Assembly (NCBI GenBank): GCA_001643675.2
Contig: LSRY02000030.1
Coordinates: 682,001-746,000, forward strand
Source: Monocercomonoides exilis PA203
Taxonomy: Eukaryota > Protista > Preaxostyla
Direction: 5' to 3'
Length of the DNA: 64,000 nucleotides
Shown: in pieces, positions 25,704 through 38,400 of the stretch
Position numbering within the stretch: the first letter of the stretch is position 1
Layout: every line of letters begins with the position of its first letter
Notes under the pieces: model-generated
What the model was told of the DNA's origin: nothing
Database searches by the model: none
The model's input: the letters and a program-made list of their open reading frames with translations, nothing else
Translations under genes and position numbers: made by a program

Positions 25704-27960
25704 GGGTTATTATTGAACCCCCACTTTTTTTTTTTAAACTCTGACTTATTTTTTATTTCTAAAGTTTTTAATCCCACTTTACGAAATAATAACTTGATTA
25801 TTTTTATGAAAAGGAATCTGTATGGGTGATAATTTTTGAAATCATAACTTTTTTCGGAGTGTTAATTTTAAGAAGGTTATTTGTCATTCGGATGAAATGT
25901 TGAATTCAAATGCTGAATTCATCACGATTGTATTAAAAACAAATGAATGAGCTTAAACAAAGATGACGATCTCTTGAATACGCCTGTTCACTTTTCAGCG
26001 TTCATCTACTACTTATCAAGGATATTTTTTGAATCGAAAATGATGAATGAAAAATTATGTTTTGAAAAATAATCACCCATATAGTATTTTTAAAATAAAT
26101 ATTTAAATAAAGCCTATTTCTCACCAGGGAAGATGAGGGGGGATTTAACCTTCCATCAAACTTCAAAGAGAAATTGGTTGGTTTCAAAATGTGAAAAGCT
26201 CCATTGTTCATTCAAAACATTTTTTATTTTTTTTTATACACGTCAAATTAATAAAAACAATGAAAATTAGATCAAAACACTAAAATGAAAAATGAAAATT
26301 CAGTCGAATAAAAAAAAAAGAAAATAAGGGATTAAAAAATTAAAACTTGCCAAACTATCATTTCTTAAAAAAAAATACAAGAACAAACTAGAATGAATGG
26401 AGCTCATTGTGTTTGATTGCATCGAAAGAATCACAGACTCCATCAATTCAAAGAAATTCAGCTGAAGAAGCATTAAAAGAGCAGTTCGATCGATGAGAGC
26501 GAAAAAGGCAGGAGGAAAACTAGGGAGATAGCAGGTTATCAGCGAAGAGAAAAAAGAAACAGTTCTTGATATGATCAAAATTGATTCAATTTGTGGAAGC
26601 AGTTTTCAATGAAGAAAACAAGAGAATTGGTTTGTTCAAGTATTATAATACAACAATTACAATTTTTTCTTTTCACGGAAAATGTTTGAAACAATTCAAA
26701 AAGTGAAAAAGATCCATCTTTTTATGTTTTTAATGAAGTTGCACACAGGTCTTTGAAGCAACATCCTGAGTAAAGCAGGAGCAAATAAAAAATTCTAGGT
26801 TTTAATCAGCAAGTTATGTCTTGAAGAAGAGAAATGAAGCCTTTGTATCAGATGATAACTGAATTACACAAAGAAAATAACTCTTAACCTTCTTTTAATT
26901 CAATGTTGACGAGTCTTCTTTACGAATATTATTTGCTGCCAACATCGAAGTTATCCATCCATTTGCATAAAGCGATGGGTATTTCATGAAAGCACAAAGA
27001 ATGGAAAATGCAACACTTGTTGCTTCAGTGGCAGCAGATGGTAATTTATTTCCTTGAATCATTCTCTAGACAAGTGTCAAACAACCTGACGAACTGAAGC
27101 CTATTCTTTTCCCTTTTCATCACATCTGGCCTAACAAAAGTGACTGAATAAACAAACAAAATTTCAAGAGACACACTAAAACAGTTCTTCTCCCTTCCAT
27201 CGCAGAAAGAAGAAAGCGCATGTCACTGGAAACAGAGAAATGTCTTCTTTTCATCGATTCCCATCCTTCTCATAGGGATTCTTCAATTAGGAAAACAATC
27301 TCAGAAAATTACATAGATGTCGAAACATTCATCCCCCACTGGATTCACTTGTCTCAGCCACTCGAGGGATGAGTATTTGCATCTCTCAAAACTTCACATT
27401 TCTTCATCATTTGATGTTCCTTTATCTTCCTCCTTTTCTGCTTCAAAAAAAGAACTTGTCGACGAGCTTCCTTAAGCAATTCACTCCGCTTTCACTCCTT
27501 CTGCCATCAAAAAAGCTTCAGAAGAAAGCGGTGTCCTTCACAACACGTTCGGTTTGATTCTTCGCTATCAACAGGAATCATCAAAATACTGTCTCTTTTC
27601 TCAATCCAATCGTTTTGAATATTTTAGAAAGTTGTTCATAAAAAAGAACTTTTAGACAATTGGGAAAAATATATTGGGAGAAATATAGAAAAGGAGAACG
27701 AAAAAGACATGAAACAAGAGAAAGAAAACGAAAAAGATGAAATGGTAGAATTCAAACACAAAATCAAAAGAAAACGCTCTGACGTTATTTGAAATGAACC
27801 AAACGAAGAGGAAAGCGAAGAGATGCAAAGAAAACCAGGAAAAAGAAAGATAATTCGAAGAATTGATTCTTCTTTTGAATTATTTTTAATTTTACTAAAT
27901 TTTTCACTTCAAAAATATGGGTCAGAATTAAAAAAATAAGTTGGGGTTATATGATAACCC
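25704..27960 (+). mobile_element. Decayed pogo/Tc5-like (DDE_1) DNA transposon, 2257 bp, with ~40-bp TIRs and a TA target-site duplication
   Basis: Ends read TA|GGGTTATTATTGAACCCCCAC... and ...GTTGGGGTTATATGATAACCC|TA. Transposase motifs: FNVDESS (26899-26919), TLVASVAADG (~27014-27043) and CLLFIDSHPSH...FIPHWIHLSQPLEG*VFASLK (27241-27390), interrupted by stops and frameshifts. Confidence 0.85.
25823..26079. mobile_element. MITE family B (257 bp), TA-flanked, nested in the 5' part of the pogo-like element
   Basis: Ends read TA|TGGGTGATAATTTTTGAAATCATAA ... TTATGTTTTGAAAAATAATCACCCA|TA. A second copy lies in reverse orientation at 58037-58566. Confidence 0.8.
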
Positions 27961-29993
27961 TAAGATCTTATCCATTTACCAAATCTCATTTTTATCATCC
28001 TTCTTTTCTGATTTCAAAATTTTCTCTTGAAAACAATAGATAATGCTGGACATTTTTTCATTCCGCTATTGTTATGATTTTCCAAATAATGTTGTTCAGA
28101 ACAAAATTATAACTGTTAATTATTGCGACAAAATGGGATTTTATTTTTTGCTTTATGAATTTTGTTCCATTCATCTCCAATAATAATTTTTTTTAACAAT
28201 TTTTGAACTTATCTGTAATTATTTGCATTGTTATGGTTGAAACATAATGATAAGGTTGGAGAAAAAGTTTGGTTCAAATCACAGTTTTTTTCACAGTTGC
28301 AAAAATTAAACCTCAAATGAACGTGAAATAAATAACTTGATTGTTCAAGGTCAATAAAGAAAAAGTCTCTTTCGCTCTTTCTCTCTCTTTTTCTTTCTCA
28401 TCCTTTTTGTTCACCAATGAACATCCTTTCCATATTATTCCAATCATTCGGTACTCGCTTTCATTCCCACACAATATATACACCTACATGCAACATCCAT
28501 ACAGCTGATTGATGCAATCTTGAGACTTCTGTCTAGTGAGGCAATCTCCGTCTTATGAACAGTCTTCCAAAGAAGAAGAAGAAGAAATTGATTTTATCAA
28601 TCAATAGAAAAAAACATAACAAAGAAGTCCCAAATTGGTTGAGATGAAACAGCCAGCGGAAAAGTTGAATGTTCAGAAGAGGAAGATCACTCAAGAACTG
28701 TTTCATCAACAGAAGAGAATGAAGTGAACTGCCTCATCTGCTGGAACATGCAGAACAGAACGTTGGCCATCAAACACAGTTGATTTCATATGAAGAAATA
28801 AGGGAACGAAGACAATCGGATGGAAGATTTAAAAGAAGCATCTTCAAATGAAGATGAGGAAAATGAGGTTTGAGCAGTTGAATAAGAATCGCTGAAACAC
28901 AAATATCTTCTTTCTATCTCATGTTAAATGAAAACCTTCTGATTATTCAGAGTTCATCTTCTTTTCATTGCATTTCTCTTCAATCATCCACTCCATTTGA
29001 TGTCTTTCCATCAATCTCTCTCTTTTCACCTTCTTCTCTTCTTCGTCTCTTCTTCGTCTCTTCTCTTCTCTTCTCTCTCGAACATCACCACATATCTCGC
29101 ATTTCGAATGAACAATGTCACCATTCTTTTATTTGTCTGCCTTTTCTCTTTCAATCTTTCTCTTGAACTGAAATAGCCCTTTATGTTCTGCCTCTGATCA
29201 GACCAAACAGACACAAAAACGAAGGCAACTGAACAATCAGCGAAGAGTCGAGGCTCACAATCGAAGAATGAAGACCTTTCCTGTGAAGAAGAAGAAGAAG
29301 AAGAAGAAAAAGGCAATGAAGAAGAATAAAAAGATGATGATGTGGAATAGGAATAGAAATGTATTTTTTCTAAGCGTATTGTTGCTGTTTGGCTGACAGA
29401 GACGTGTGAATAAGTTTTGCTTATCTTTCTCTTTTTCAATTCACTTTTTCTTTTTTCTTCATCTCTCTCATCTCTCCTCTTCTTTTTCTTCTTTCTTCAT
29501 CGAAATTCCATGTTTCGGCTGATCTTCTTGAGCGTTTGCAGGAATGGCAAATACAAATGTTTTCTTCTTCTTTTCTCTCAAAGCTGATTTCGAAGAATTC
29601 TGTTTCTTCTCATTTGAATATCTCAGTCTTTGCTGCTTTGAAAGGCGGAGAATGTTTCATGAAAGACACCTCATCCTTTCTTTCTCTCTTTCTTCTTCGT
29701 CCTCATCTGGAACAGCTTCAATTGCATGATGGACAAATATCGCACTTTAAATCCTTTATACGAAGCACCTTTTTCTCTGCCTTTCTCCCTCTCCCTTTTC
29801 ACTCTATTTATGTTGCATTTAATCTTCACTTTTTCTCTTCATCTTTCCTTCTTTTTTTTCCTCTACGTCATTCCGTTTTCTTCTTGTCATGTTCTTCTTT
29901 CGTTGCCTTCGCTTCATTTCTTCTCTTTCTCTTTCTCTCTATCTCCAAAAGCATGACTCTCTCCCCAGAATTGTTAGGTTATCGCTCCATCTT

Positions 29994-30070
29994 CTCTTTC
30001 TTCTTCTTCTCTTTCTTCTTCTCTTTCTTCTTCTTCTTCTTCTTCTTCTTCTTCTTCTTCTCTTTCTTCT
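29994..30070. repeat. (TTC)n microsatellite
   Basis: Near-pure TTC repeats are visible directly in the sequence. Confidence 0.9.
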
Positions 30071-31468
30071 ACTTTTATTCTGCTTTTCTTGTTCATATCA
30101 TTTTTCATTATGTTCCGGTTCATCTCCTCATCTCCTCATCTTCCCTCCTTCCTCTTTCCCTTTTCCAAATCCTCCGATTTCAACTCCATTCCAAAGTTTC
30201 TAGAATTCTATCAAACTTCATTCAATTCTGTATATTTCTCCAGAATTGTGAATCTTGTTGTAAAAGCATCAAAATGGCTGCTTCTATCTTGCAATCAATG
30301 GAAATGACGAAGAGGAATGACAAATCACATGAGAAGTCGGATGCTTTCTGAATGTGAATGTTGAAAGACCATATCTGTTCAAAAGATGCTTCTTCCAAAC
30401 GCTCTCAACAAACATGCCAAACAAACTGCTTTTTCTCTCTTTCAAGCTCATGTTAAGCATTGTCAGGCTATGCAACATGCATAACAGATAGCAGAATACA
30501 CGAATATCATCGTTGAATGCGATGTAAATAATAATAGTCTCAAAACTTCGAATCTTTTGAAAAAAGATAAAAAGGCTTCTCTTTCTATGGCATTCCTGTT
30601 CATAGTCATTCTGTATTCATTGAAAATACCCCATTTAAGAAAAATGAATGAAATCAAAAAAATCAAACCATCTTTTTGACTTGTATTATTTTCCCATCTC
30701 CAAGGGATTGGTAATTATCAGCCCAGTTGGCTGTTTTGCTCTCCAAAATTGAATCTCACCTTCACAAAAAAAAGCAGATAACTGGATTATAAATGGCTGG
30801 CAAAGAACATCATCGAACACAGAGAATCCCTTGTGAAGCTGACCATGATATCAGATAAAAACACATATTCTCCAAATTAACTCCTTTTCAAAACCCAATT
30901 CAACGCAATGTCTTTGCTGATGGCTTTCCAACTTGCTTCGTTCAAAAGGCAAATACGATTGTTATTGAGGCCTGCTGAGTGTCTCGCTCTGCTCGTTTCC
31001 TCCATTGTCCAACCCCTCAATTCCCTTTCCTTTTCCGCGAAACCAATCTCCCGATTAAAAATCACGCAAAACAAGTCCTGCGCAAAAGATATGTGAAGTG
31101 AAACATATTTCCCTTGAAATGAACAAGTGGTTCAATTCAATCTTTCTGCTATTCTCATCGCTTTTTCTGCATCTTGCTTGAGTTATTTTTCATTCAAAAT
31201 ATTGAAACTGATGTCGCGTCATATGTTTTGCAATATATTAATAAGTTCAAATTTCATGCAATTTTCCCCAACAAATTCACTTCTCGCAAGCAATCGATGC
31301 AAACAGCCACCCACTCCTCCATCTGCAAGCAAAATCCCTATTCTTCTGTAGCGATTTGACTCACATGGATACATCTGCGACTGCAGGTCTTAGCACTCAA
31401 ACATGCTCAGGCTGCAGCAAATCATCTATCTAATATTATTTCTTAGAGTTGTGTGCAAGATCTGCACT

Positions 31469-31784
31469 TGTGCAAAAACCAGCACACTTGACATTTTCTT
31501 TCGAAATGCTCTTCCACTTTCAAACATGTGAAAGCGTTTGGCATTTTGATGGCACCTGTAATCTTTTTGTCCAATATTAAGTATTTCGAATGAAAAATCA
31601 AAAACAAAAAATTTTGATCAAAAGATCAAAAAAGATCAAAAATTTTTGTTTTTGATTTTTCATTCGAAATACTTAATATTGGACAAAAAGATTACAGGTG
31701 CCATCAAAATGCCAAACGCTTTCACATGTTTGAAAGTGGAAGAGCATTTCGAAAGAAAATGTCAAGTGTGCTGGTTTTTGCACA
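31469..31784. repeat. 316-bp near-perfect palindrome (151-bp arms, 14-nt spacer)
   Basis: 31469-31619 is the reverse complement of 31634-31784, with one mismatch seen (31611/31642). The centre contains three GATCAAAA units. Confidence 0.95.
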
Positions 31785-32145
31785 TTCCATTATATAATTA
31801 AAGGTTTGTTACCCCTATTAAGTTTCCAGAATATATTTGGTTCATTTGTAATTAGGTTGATTTGTTTTGAGGAAAAAAGACAAAGAGTGATGATCGGGAA
31901 AGTTTTGAGATAATTTTTAATACACATTTTGAAGAGTATTTTTGCATTTTGTTTTGAAAAATCTCAAAAATTCCGAAAATGTATTTATTATAGTTTCAGA
32001 CTCGTTTTGCGATTGCACAAGCACTTTCATATGAACAAATATTTCAGAGTTTGTAATGTTCAATATGAAATGATTTGTTAAATTGGGAAATGATTTTTTT
32101 TTTATTTTTATTATTTTCATATTTTGAGAGTAACTTTATCGATTA

Positions 32146-33444
32146 ATGAATTCCGCTGACGCTGAGCAGAAACAGATAATCGAAGAAATGAATGGACTAA
32201 TGGAGAAAATGGATGAAAATAAAATTAAATCCGTTTTCATTGCAGAGCTATTCAACAAAATTCATGAAATGATCGAAGAAAAGGAACTTTCGATGGAAAA
32301 TGCCATTGAGTTATTGAAGTATTTTGGATATTGCGTAGTGCTGAAAAATGCATGGCGTGAATTTGGGAAATCTTCGTTGAGCAAAAGATTTGAGAAGATG
32401 ATAATTGAAGAAGAAAAGAAAACAGAAGAAAAGAATGAAAAGCTTTTGGTTGACCTTTGCGAATGCTATCTGACACTGCGTGATAGCCTCTCGGAAAAAT
32501 TGTTTTCTAACTGTGTTCATTGTCTTATGAAAGCTGCAATGAACAAAGAGGATAATGAAGAGACTCAAAAAGAAGTGGAAATAGCTTTGATGATTTTTAG
32601 TTACGTTGGCATGTGTTGTGCATGAACGTTTTCATTTCATTTTTGATATTATTTATTTATTTTTTTTTTATTTGATTTTTATAAGAAGAGGGAAAAAGAA
32701 CTGTATTTTGATCAAATTACAGAAATCATTATCATCAGGAGAATCACTATCTGACACGGTTTGCATATCAATCAGCGTGGCAGTTTTTAATTGACATTGC
32801 TGTCTGTGAAAGAAGATCAGGAGGTCTTGTCTTATATGAGATGTATTTTGGGAGAGAGGCAATAAAGGAACTAGAAGAGCTGACAAGATGTGTGGATTGG
32901 AAGAGAAAAAAAGAAGAAAGAGGAAAAGAAACGAAAGAAATGCTTATTATCGTGAGATGGATCAAAGAAGAAAAGAATAACTTATTTTCATTCAGATTGC
33001 GAAATGAAGAATCAGTTGGACTTCTCAGGAGTGTTGTTCAGGTGCTGAGAGCTGCGAAGGATGGTAACAGAAACATTGGTCAATTGTGCATTTTTTTCTT
33101 GAGAAATGCAGCAGTTAGCAAAGCTGTGGAAGTTTACGATTTGTTGAAGGGAAAAGCGATTGATGCTGTTTTGGAGGAGATTCAGCGAACAATGTTGGAT
33201 GACAAAATTGCGGATAACGGCTTGGAATTTTTTATGAATATTTCTGAAAGACTGAAAAAAAAGCAGAAATATGGAATGGATGAAGCGAAAAGAAAGACAA
33301 TAATAAAAGAGTTTTTGGAAAAGATGGAAGAAGAAGGATACGAAGATACCATCACCAGCTTTTATGAAACTTTAGAGTTTTTTTAAAAAAAATTATGATT
33401 ATTCATTATCTTTGAATATTTCTGATTATTTTATGAATATCTGA
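32146..33444 (+). pseudogene. EKNEKLLVDLCECY family, copy 3, disrupted
   Basis: ORFs 32146-32625 and 32841-33386 carry the family motifs. The frame is disrupted around 32740-32840 and at the T/A run near 33380. The 5' exon(s) were not identified. Confidence 0.7.
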
Positions 33445-35477
33445 GAAATTGAAATATATTAAACTTTGTAACTCAAAAAATATCCTTTTATTTTATTTTA
33501 TTTTATTTTATTTTATTTTATTTAATTTTTTTTTTTTTTTTTTTTCATTTCATAAAATTTTGGTTCCAATAAAGAAAAAGTACCAATAAAAAGATGACCC
33601 TTTTTACGATTTGTGTTTCGCTTTTCAAAAATTAAGATTTCTTTATTCTCTTCGATTTCTCTGTTTCGTTGTTGCTATTTTCTGAAATGCTTGATAAAAA
33701 TTATCTATCAAATATAATTTTTCTGGTTATCTGTTAATTTCAATCTCTATTTCTCTCTTATTTTCTATCTTCTACAAAAGAGTCAAGCAGAAACAAAAAA
33801 TAATTCAGCTTATCTTTCGTCTTTCTGGCAATTTCTGCTGTTGTTTTTCTCGTTCATTCTGTATGTTATGCTCAAGATTATCAAATTACTTAAAAAAAAA
33901 AAACAAAAGAAAGAAAGAAAAAGAAAATCTATCAATGAGAAGGAAGCTTTTTCTGTTCTTTATTCTTCATTTCTTTTTGCATCGGCATATCCTCTAATGG
34001 CTTCTCCTTCCTTAGTTAGTATGCTTGCCTGCTTCCCTCTTCTCATTTTGGCTTTTTTTCTTTAGATTGTTATCTCTTTCATTTTCTTGTTTTTCATTGT
34101 TCATTCATCTATCTTTTCACTCTTTTTGTTTCAAATTACTTTCTTGTCTTCAGTTTTATTCCTTTTCATCTTCTTTCATAAAAAAAAATAATTGTTCTTA
34201 ATATTCGTAAACATCCATAGCTCCTTCATCTTCCATTGTTCACTGATGAATAAAGCCAACAGCAATGTATTCGCATCACAAGCATAAATTGGAGAGTTGC
34301 AAGTGACAATGATGAACGAGCATTGCCTTCCTCGCTTAAATCACTCGAATCGTTAAAATTATGCACCCATTTCTGCTATTGTGGTCTTCAATATCACTTA
34401 TCAATCTATCTTTTCATCTTTCTTCTTCATTCTTTTCCTTAAAACTCTTTTTGTTCTTTTCTGCGTCTTCACTTATTTTTCGTTTACTTATTTATGTATT
34501 TTCAAATATCATTTCCCTCGATCTTGATCTGAGTGTAGTTCTCATATCTTTTCCATTTCTGTCTGCGTTTCCTTTCTCTAGTCTAAAACCATCACCTTTC
34601 AGAAATCCAATTTTTTGCTTTCAAACCATGTAACATTTGATGCTTGTGAGATTGATGAAAAAAATAGTCTACGATTTCTTTGAAGAAGAAGGGAAAATAA
34701 AATGCCTAATGTAAAATTTTGTAGGGATAAAAGAGAACTTCACTGAATGTCGATTGTATTATCAATTGCACACATTGCATGAATGAAATTGAGTGTTCAA
34801 ATGGCAAGGCAAAATAATATGAGTTAAACGAAGATGAAGAATGTTGAATGTCAATGATTTACGTTAAACTGTAATTGCTATGAGATAATAAAACGTATAT
34901 AGAAAGAAGAAAAGGCAATAAATTAAATTCAATGAAAATAAATAAATAAATAAATAAATTTCTCACAAAATGCAAAAAGGAAAATGCTTGGGAAATACTG
35001 TGATGCATTCAAGAAAAAGTTTCAACAAAAGAGACTAAAAGTTGGCTTCATCAACAAGAAAAAAACAGCCATAATCTTGATAATTTGAATAAAATGCACA
35101 CTTTCGTCCTTTTTCATTTATCAAAAATGATTGTTGTTATTTTTACGGTGATAAGCAATATTTTCAATCACTATTCTTGGAAATCATAAAAGAGACAAAA
35201 ATTTAACATATTTAAATAATTAATAGCAAAAGGCTAATATCAAAAAAAAAAAATTAAACCAAAAATAAATTTCATACGCTAGTCCATGTTACTTCTGTAA
35301 TTGCATTCTTTTTCTTTAACATTGATCAATATTACACAATTTAATTTCATACGGAAAAAATTGAACCCATATTTTTCCGCCATATATTTCCATATTTTCC
35401 GAGTTGCTTTATCCGAATAACGTAAATTTATGGGTTGATTTATTTTCCGTTTATTTGTAAAACAAACTTGAATTTTC

Positions 35478-38400
35478 ATGACAGAGGATAATTCAATATT
35501 AAAAACTTCCAGCTGTAATTTGAAGCCCGATTCTAGTCAGATTAATGAAGTTCCTGAATCAAATTTGCAAAATGGAGAAAAGAACATCGAAATGGAAGGA
35601 ACAGATATCATGGAGAAGAAAGAGGTCATACTGTTAAATGATTCTGATAAGAAACAACAAGAAAAAATCACTTTTTCCGAAGAAAAGCCAAAAGAATTCA
35701 AAAGACTCAAAAATCGTGAAGAGAGCCATTTTTGCCTTTGGAATTTCTTCTTCTGTTTCTTCTTCCCATTTGTGTGCCGAACAAAGCCTCTTACAGATGA
35801 CGACATTTACGAGGTGCAAAAAAAGGATAAAACTTCGACAGTTTCCGAAAAGTTTATTGCAAGATGGGCACCACTTTACACAAAATATGTGAAAGAAATG
35901 GCTGAAGAAGAGCAAAAGAAAGCTGAAAATCCAGAGTTTGCTACGTTTTAAACCCTTATTGGATTTTTATTCCTTCATTTTTATGAATACTTTTTTCCCA
36001 GATATACAATGAAAAAAATTAAACCTCCACCACTTGCCGGAACTGTCATCAAATCCTTAATGAAGCCTGAAATTATATTTGGTCTTGTACTGCAGTTATT
36101 GGCGTTTGCTGGCACTTTTTATTTCTTATGCTCAATTTTTCCATAATAATGTTCTTAAATACAAAATATTTTCCTTTCCAATTTCTTCGCAATAAACAAA
36201 CAAAATACCAAATTATCTGAAATTTGAACATGAAAATTCAGAGTTGGATTTTATTTGGTACAGCCAATAATGATGAAAGAGGTTTTGAAGGCAGTGACAT
36301 TGAAAGGAATATATGATTCAACAAACGGAATGATGGGGTCGAACACTTTTCCGTATGCATCGGGGATTATACTGATGTTGTGCCCTATTTTGAATGCGCT
36401 GCTTGATGGATGTGGCTTTCGTATGCTTTACCATTTTGCCGCACAAATACGTGCTGCATTTACAGGAGCCATCTACGACAAGACGCTTCTTTTGAATATC
36501 ACAGCTCAGAGCAATATTGATACAGGAAGGCTTCTCACACTCATTTCTGCTGATGCTCGAAATGTGGCTGAGATGATTCCAATGTTCTTGATGATGCTAT
36601 GGATTCCAATTCAGATTCTTGTTCCATTTGGCTTTTTAATTGCAGATTTCGGTGCTTCCACACTCATTGCTTTGGCGGTTATTGTCGTTCTTTTACCATT
36701 TGAGGTTTGAATTAAAAAAAAATTTTTTTTCATTAGGAAATTTTTCGATATTTCTTTTCAATTTGTAAAAAACAGATATTGTGTGTTTCTGTAATGATGA
36801 CAAGAATGAAAAGTTATCTTAATCTTAACGATGCTCGAACAAAGATCACCAACGAGACACTACAAGGAATGAGAGTAGTGAAATACACAGGATTGGAAGA
36901 AGCCTTTATCGCAAAGATCAATGAACCCAGAAAAAAGCAAATAGATGCTGCAAAATCTATGACAACGATCATGCAGATTATGAATGCAATAATGCGTGTA
37001 ACTCCACAGCTGGTGAATCTTGCGACGTTCTCTGTTTACATCTTTACAAACAACATCACTCAAGATATGTTTGCAGTTTACGTGATGGCAAATTTAGGCT
37101 TCTTGACGCTGATGACGCAGCCGATGACGATGCTACCCATTATATTCCAGGGGATTGGGTTAATTAATGTGTCCATAACGAGAATTCGGGACTTTCTCAT
37201 TCTTCCTGAACTGAAAATAGAGAAGCGAGATAAGCCAAATGACCCAGAAGTTGCCTTGCTGATTGAAAACGGCACATTTAAATGGGGAGAACCTCCAGAA
37301 ATTCCACTTTCAATGTCAGAAAAAGCGGCTCTTAAGAAGAAGATGGCTGAAAAGAAGAAGGAGGATGCGCAAAGACAAAGAGATAAAAACAATAATACGA
37401 TTGAAACAAATGAAACTTCTCAACAACCAAATGCGACTATTGTTTCAGAATCATCAGGTTCATCATCATCATCAACAACAACAACAACACCTTCATGTCC
37501 TACACCGACATATGCTTCGGTGGTCGATGCTGGAACGCAGTCATCGTCATCATCAAAATCTCTTGTTCCCTCCACCACGCAATCTGATGCTGTTTGCTCG
37601 TCTGCCCCAGTCTTCGCGGAAACAGCTGCTGAAGGTCCTGCTAATGCGCCTCCGCCTGCAGATACGACACCCAAGCAGATCTCTCCTGCAACAACTGAAT
37701 CAAGTGAATCAGCACAGTTGTCAATGGAATCAGCAACAAGCACAACAGCAGATGCTCCAAAAGAACAGAAGGTGTCTGTGTTTGTGCCAACCCCAACGAC
37801 TGCCTCGTGTGATGGCGTTTCGAGTACTTCAGCAACACCAGCTCTTCCACACTCAGTGTTTTCAACCACTCCAACGCCAATATTCTCTCGCACGCCTTTC
37901 TCTTCTGCCTCTCCCAGTCCTTCTCCCACGCCTTCTGAGTCGCCTTCCGGTTCCAACCGCAACGAACCTGTCTTGCGGGATGTGAACTTGGTGATGAAGA
38001 AAGGCACACTGACAATGGTTGTCGGTGGTGTTGGATCAGGAAAATCGTCGTTGGGAGCAGCGATCATTGCAGATGCAGAGAAAGTGAGTGGAAAAGTGGA
38101 GGTTGATGGACAGGTATCATACTGTGCTCAGACAGCTTGGATCAACAACAACACAGTGAGAGGAAACATCACATTTGGATGTCCGTTTGAACAGGAGAAG
38201 TACAGCGAGACAATTCGTGTGTGTGCACTTGAGAACGATCTGAAGCTTCTGGCAGCAGGAGACCAGACAGAAATTGGAGAGAAAGGAGTAAATTTGAGTG
38301 GTGGGCAGAAAGCGCGTATTCAACTGGCACGTGCTGTGTATTCAGACAGAGACATTTACATCCTGGATGATCCTCTTTCGGCTGTGGATGCACATGTGGG

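Noticed and set aside
29536-30351. 271-aa Phe/Ser/Leu-rich ORF
   Set aside because: It arises from TTC/TC low-complexity sequence; no domain was recognised.
30300-31468. Possible decayed minus-strand coding block left of the palindrome
   Set aside because: All frames are interrupted and no family motif was recognised.
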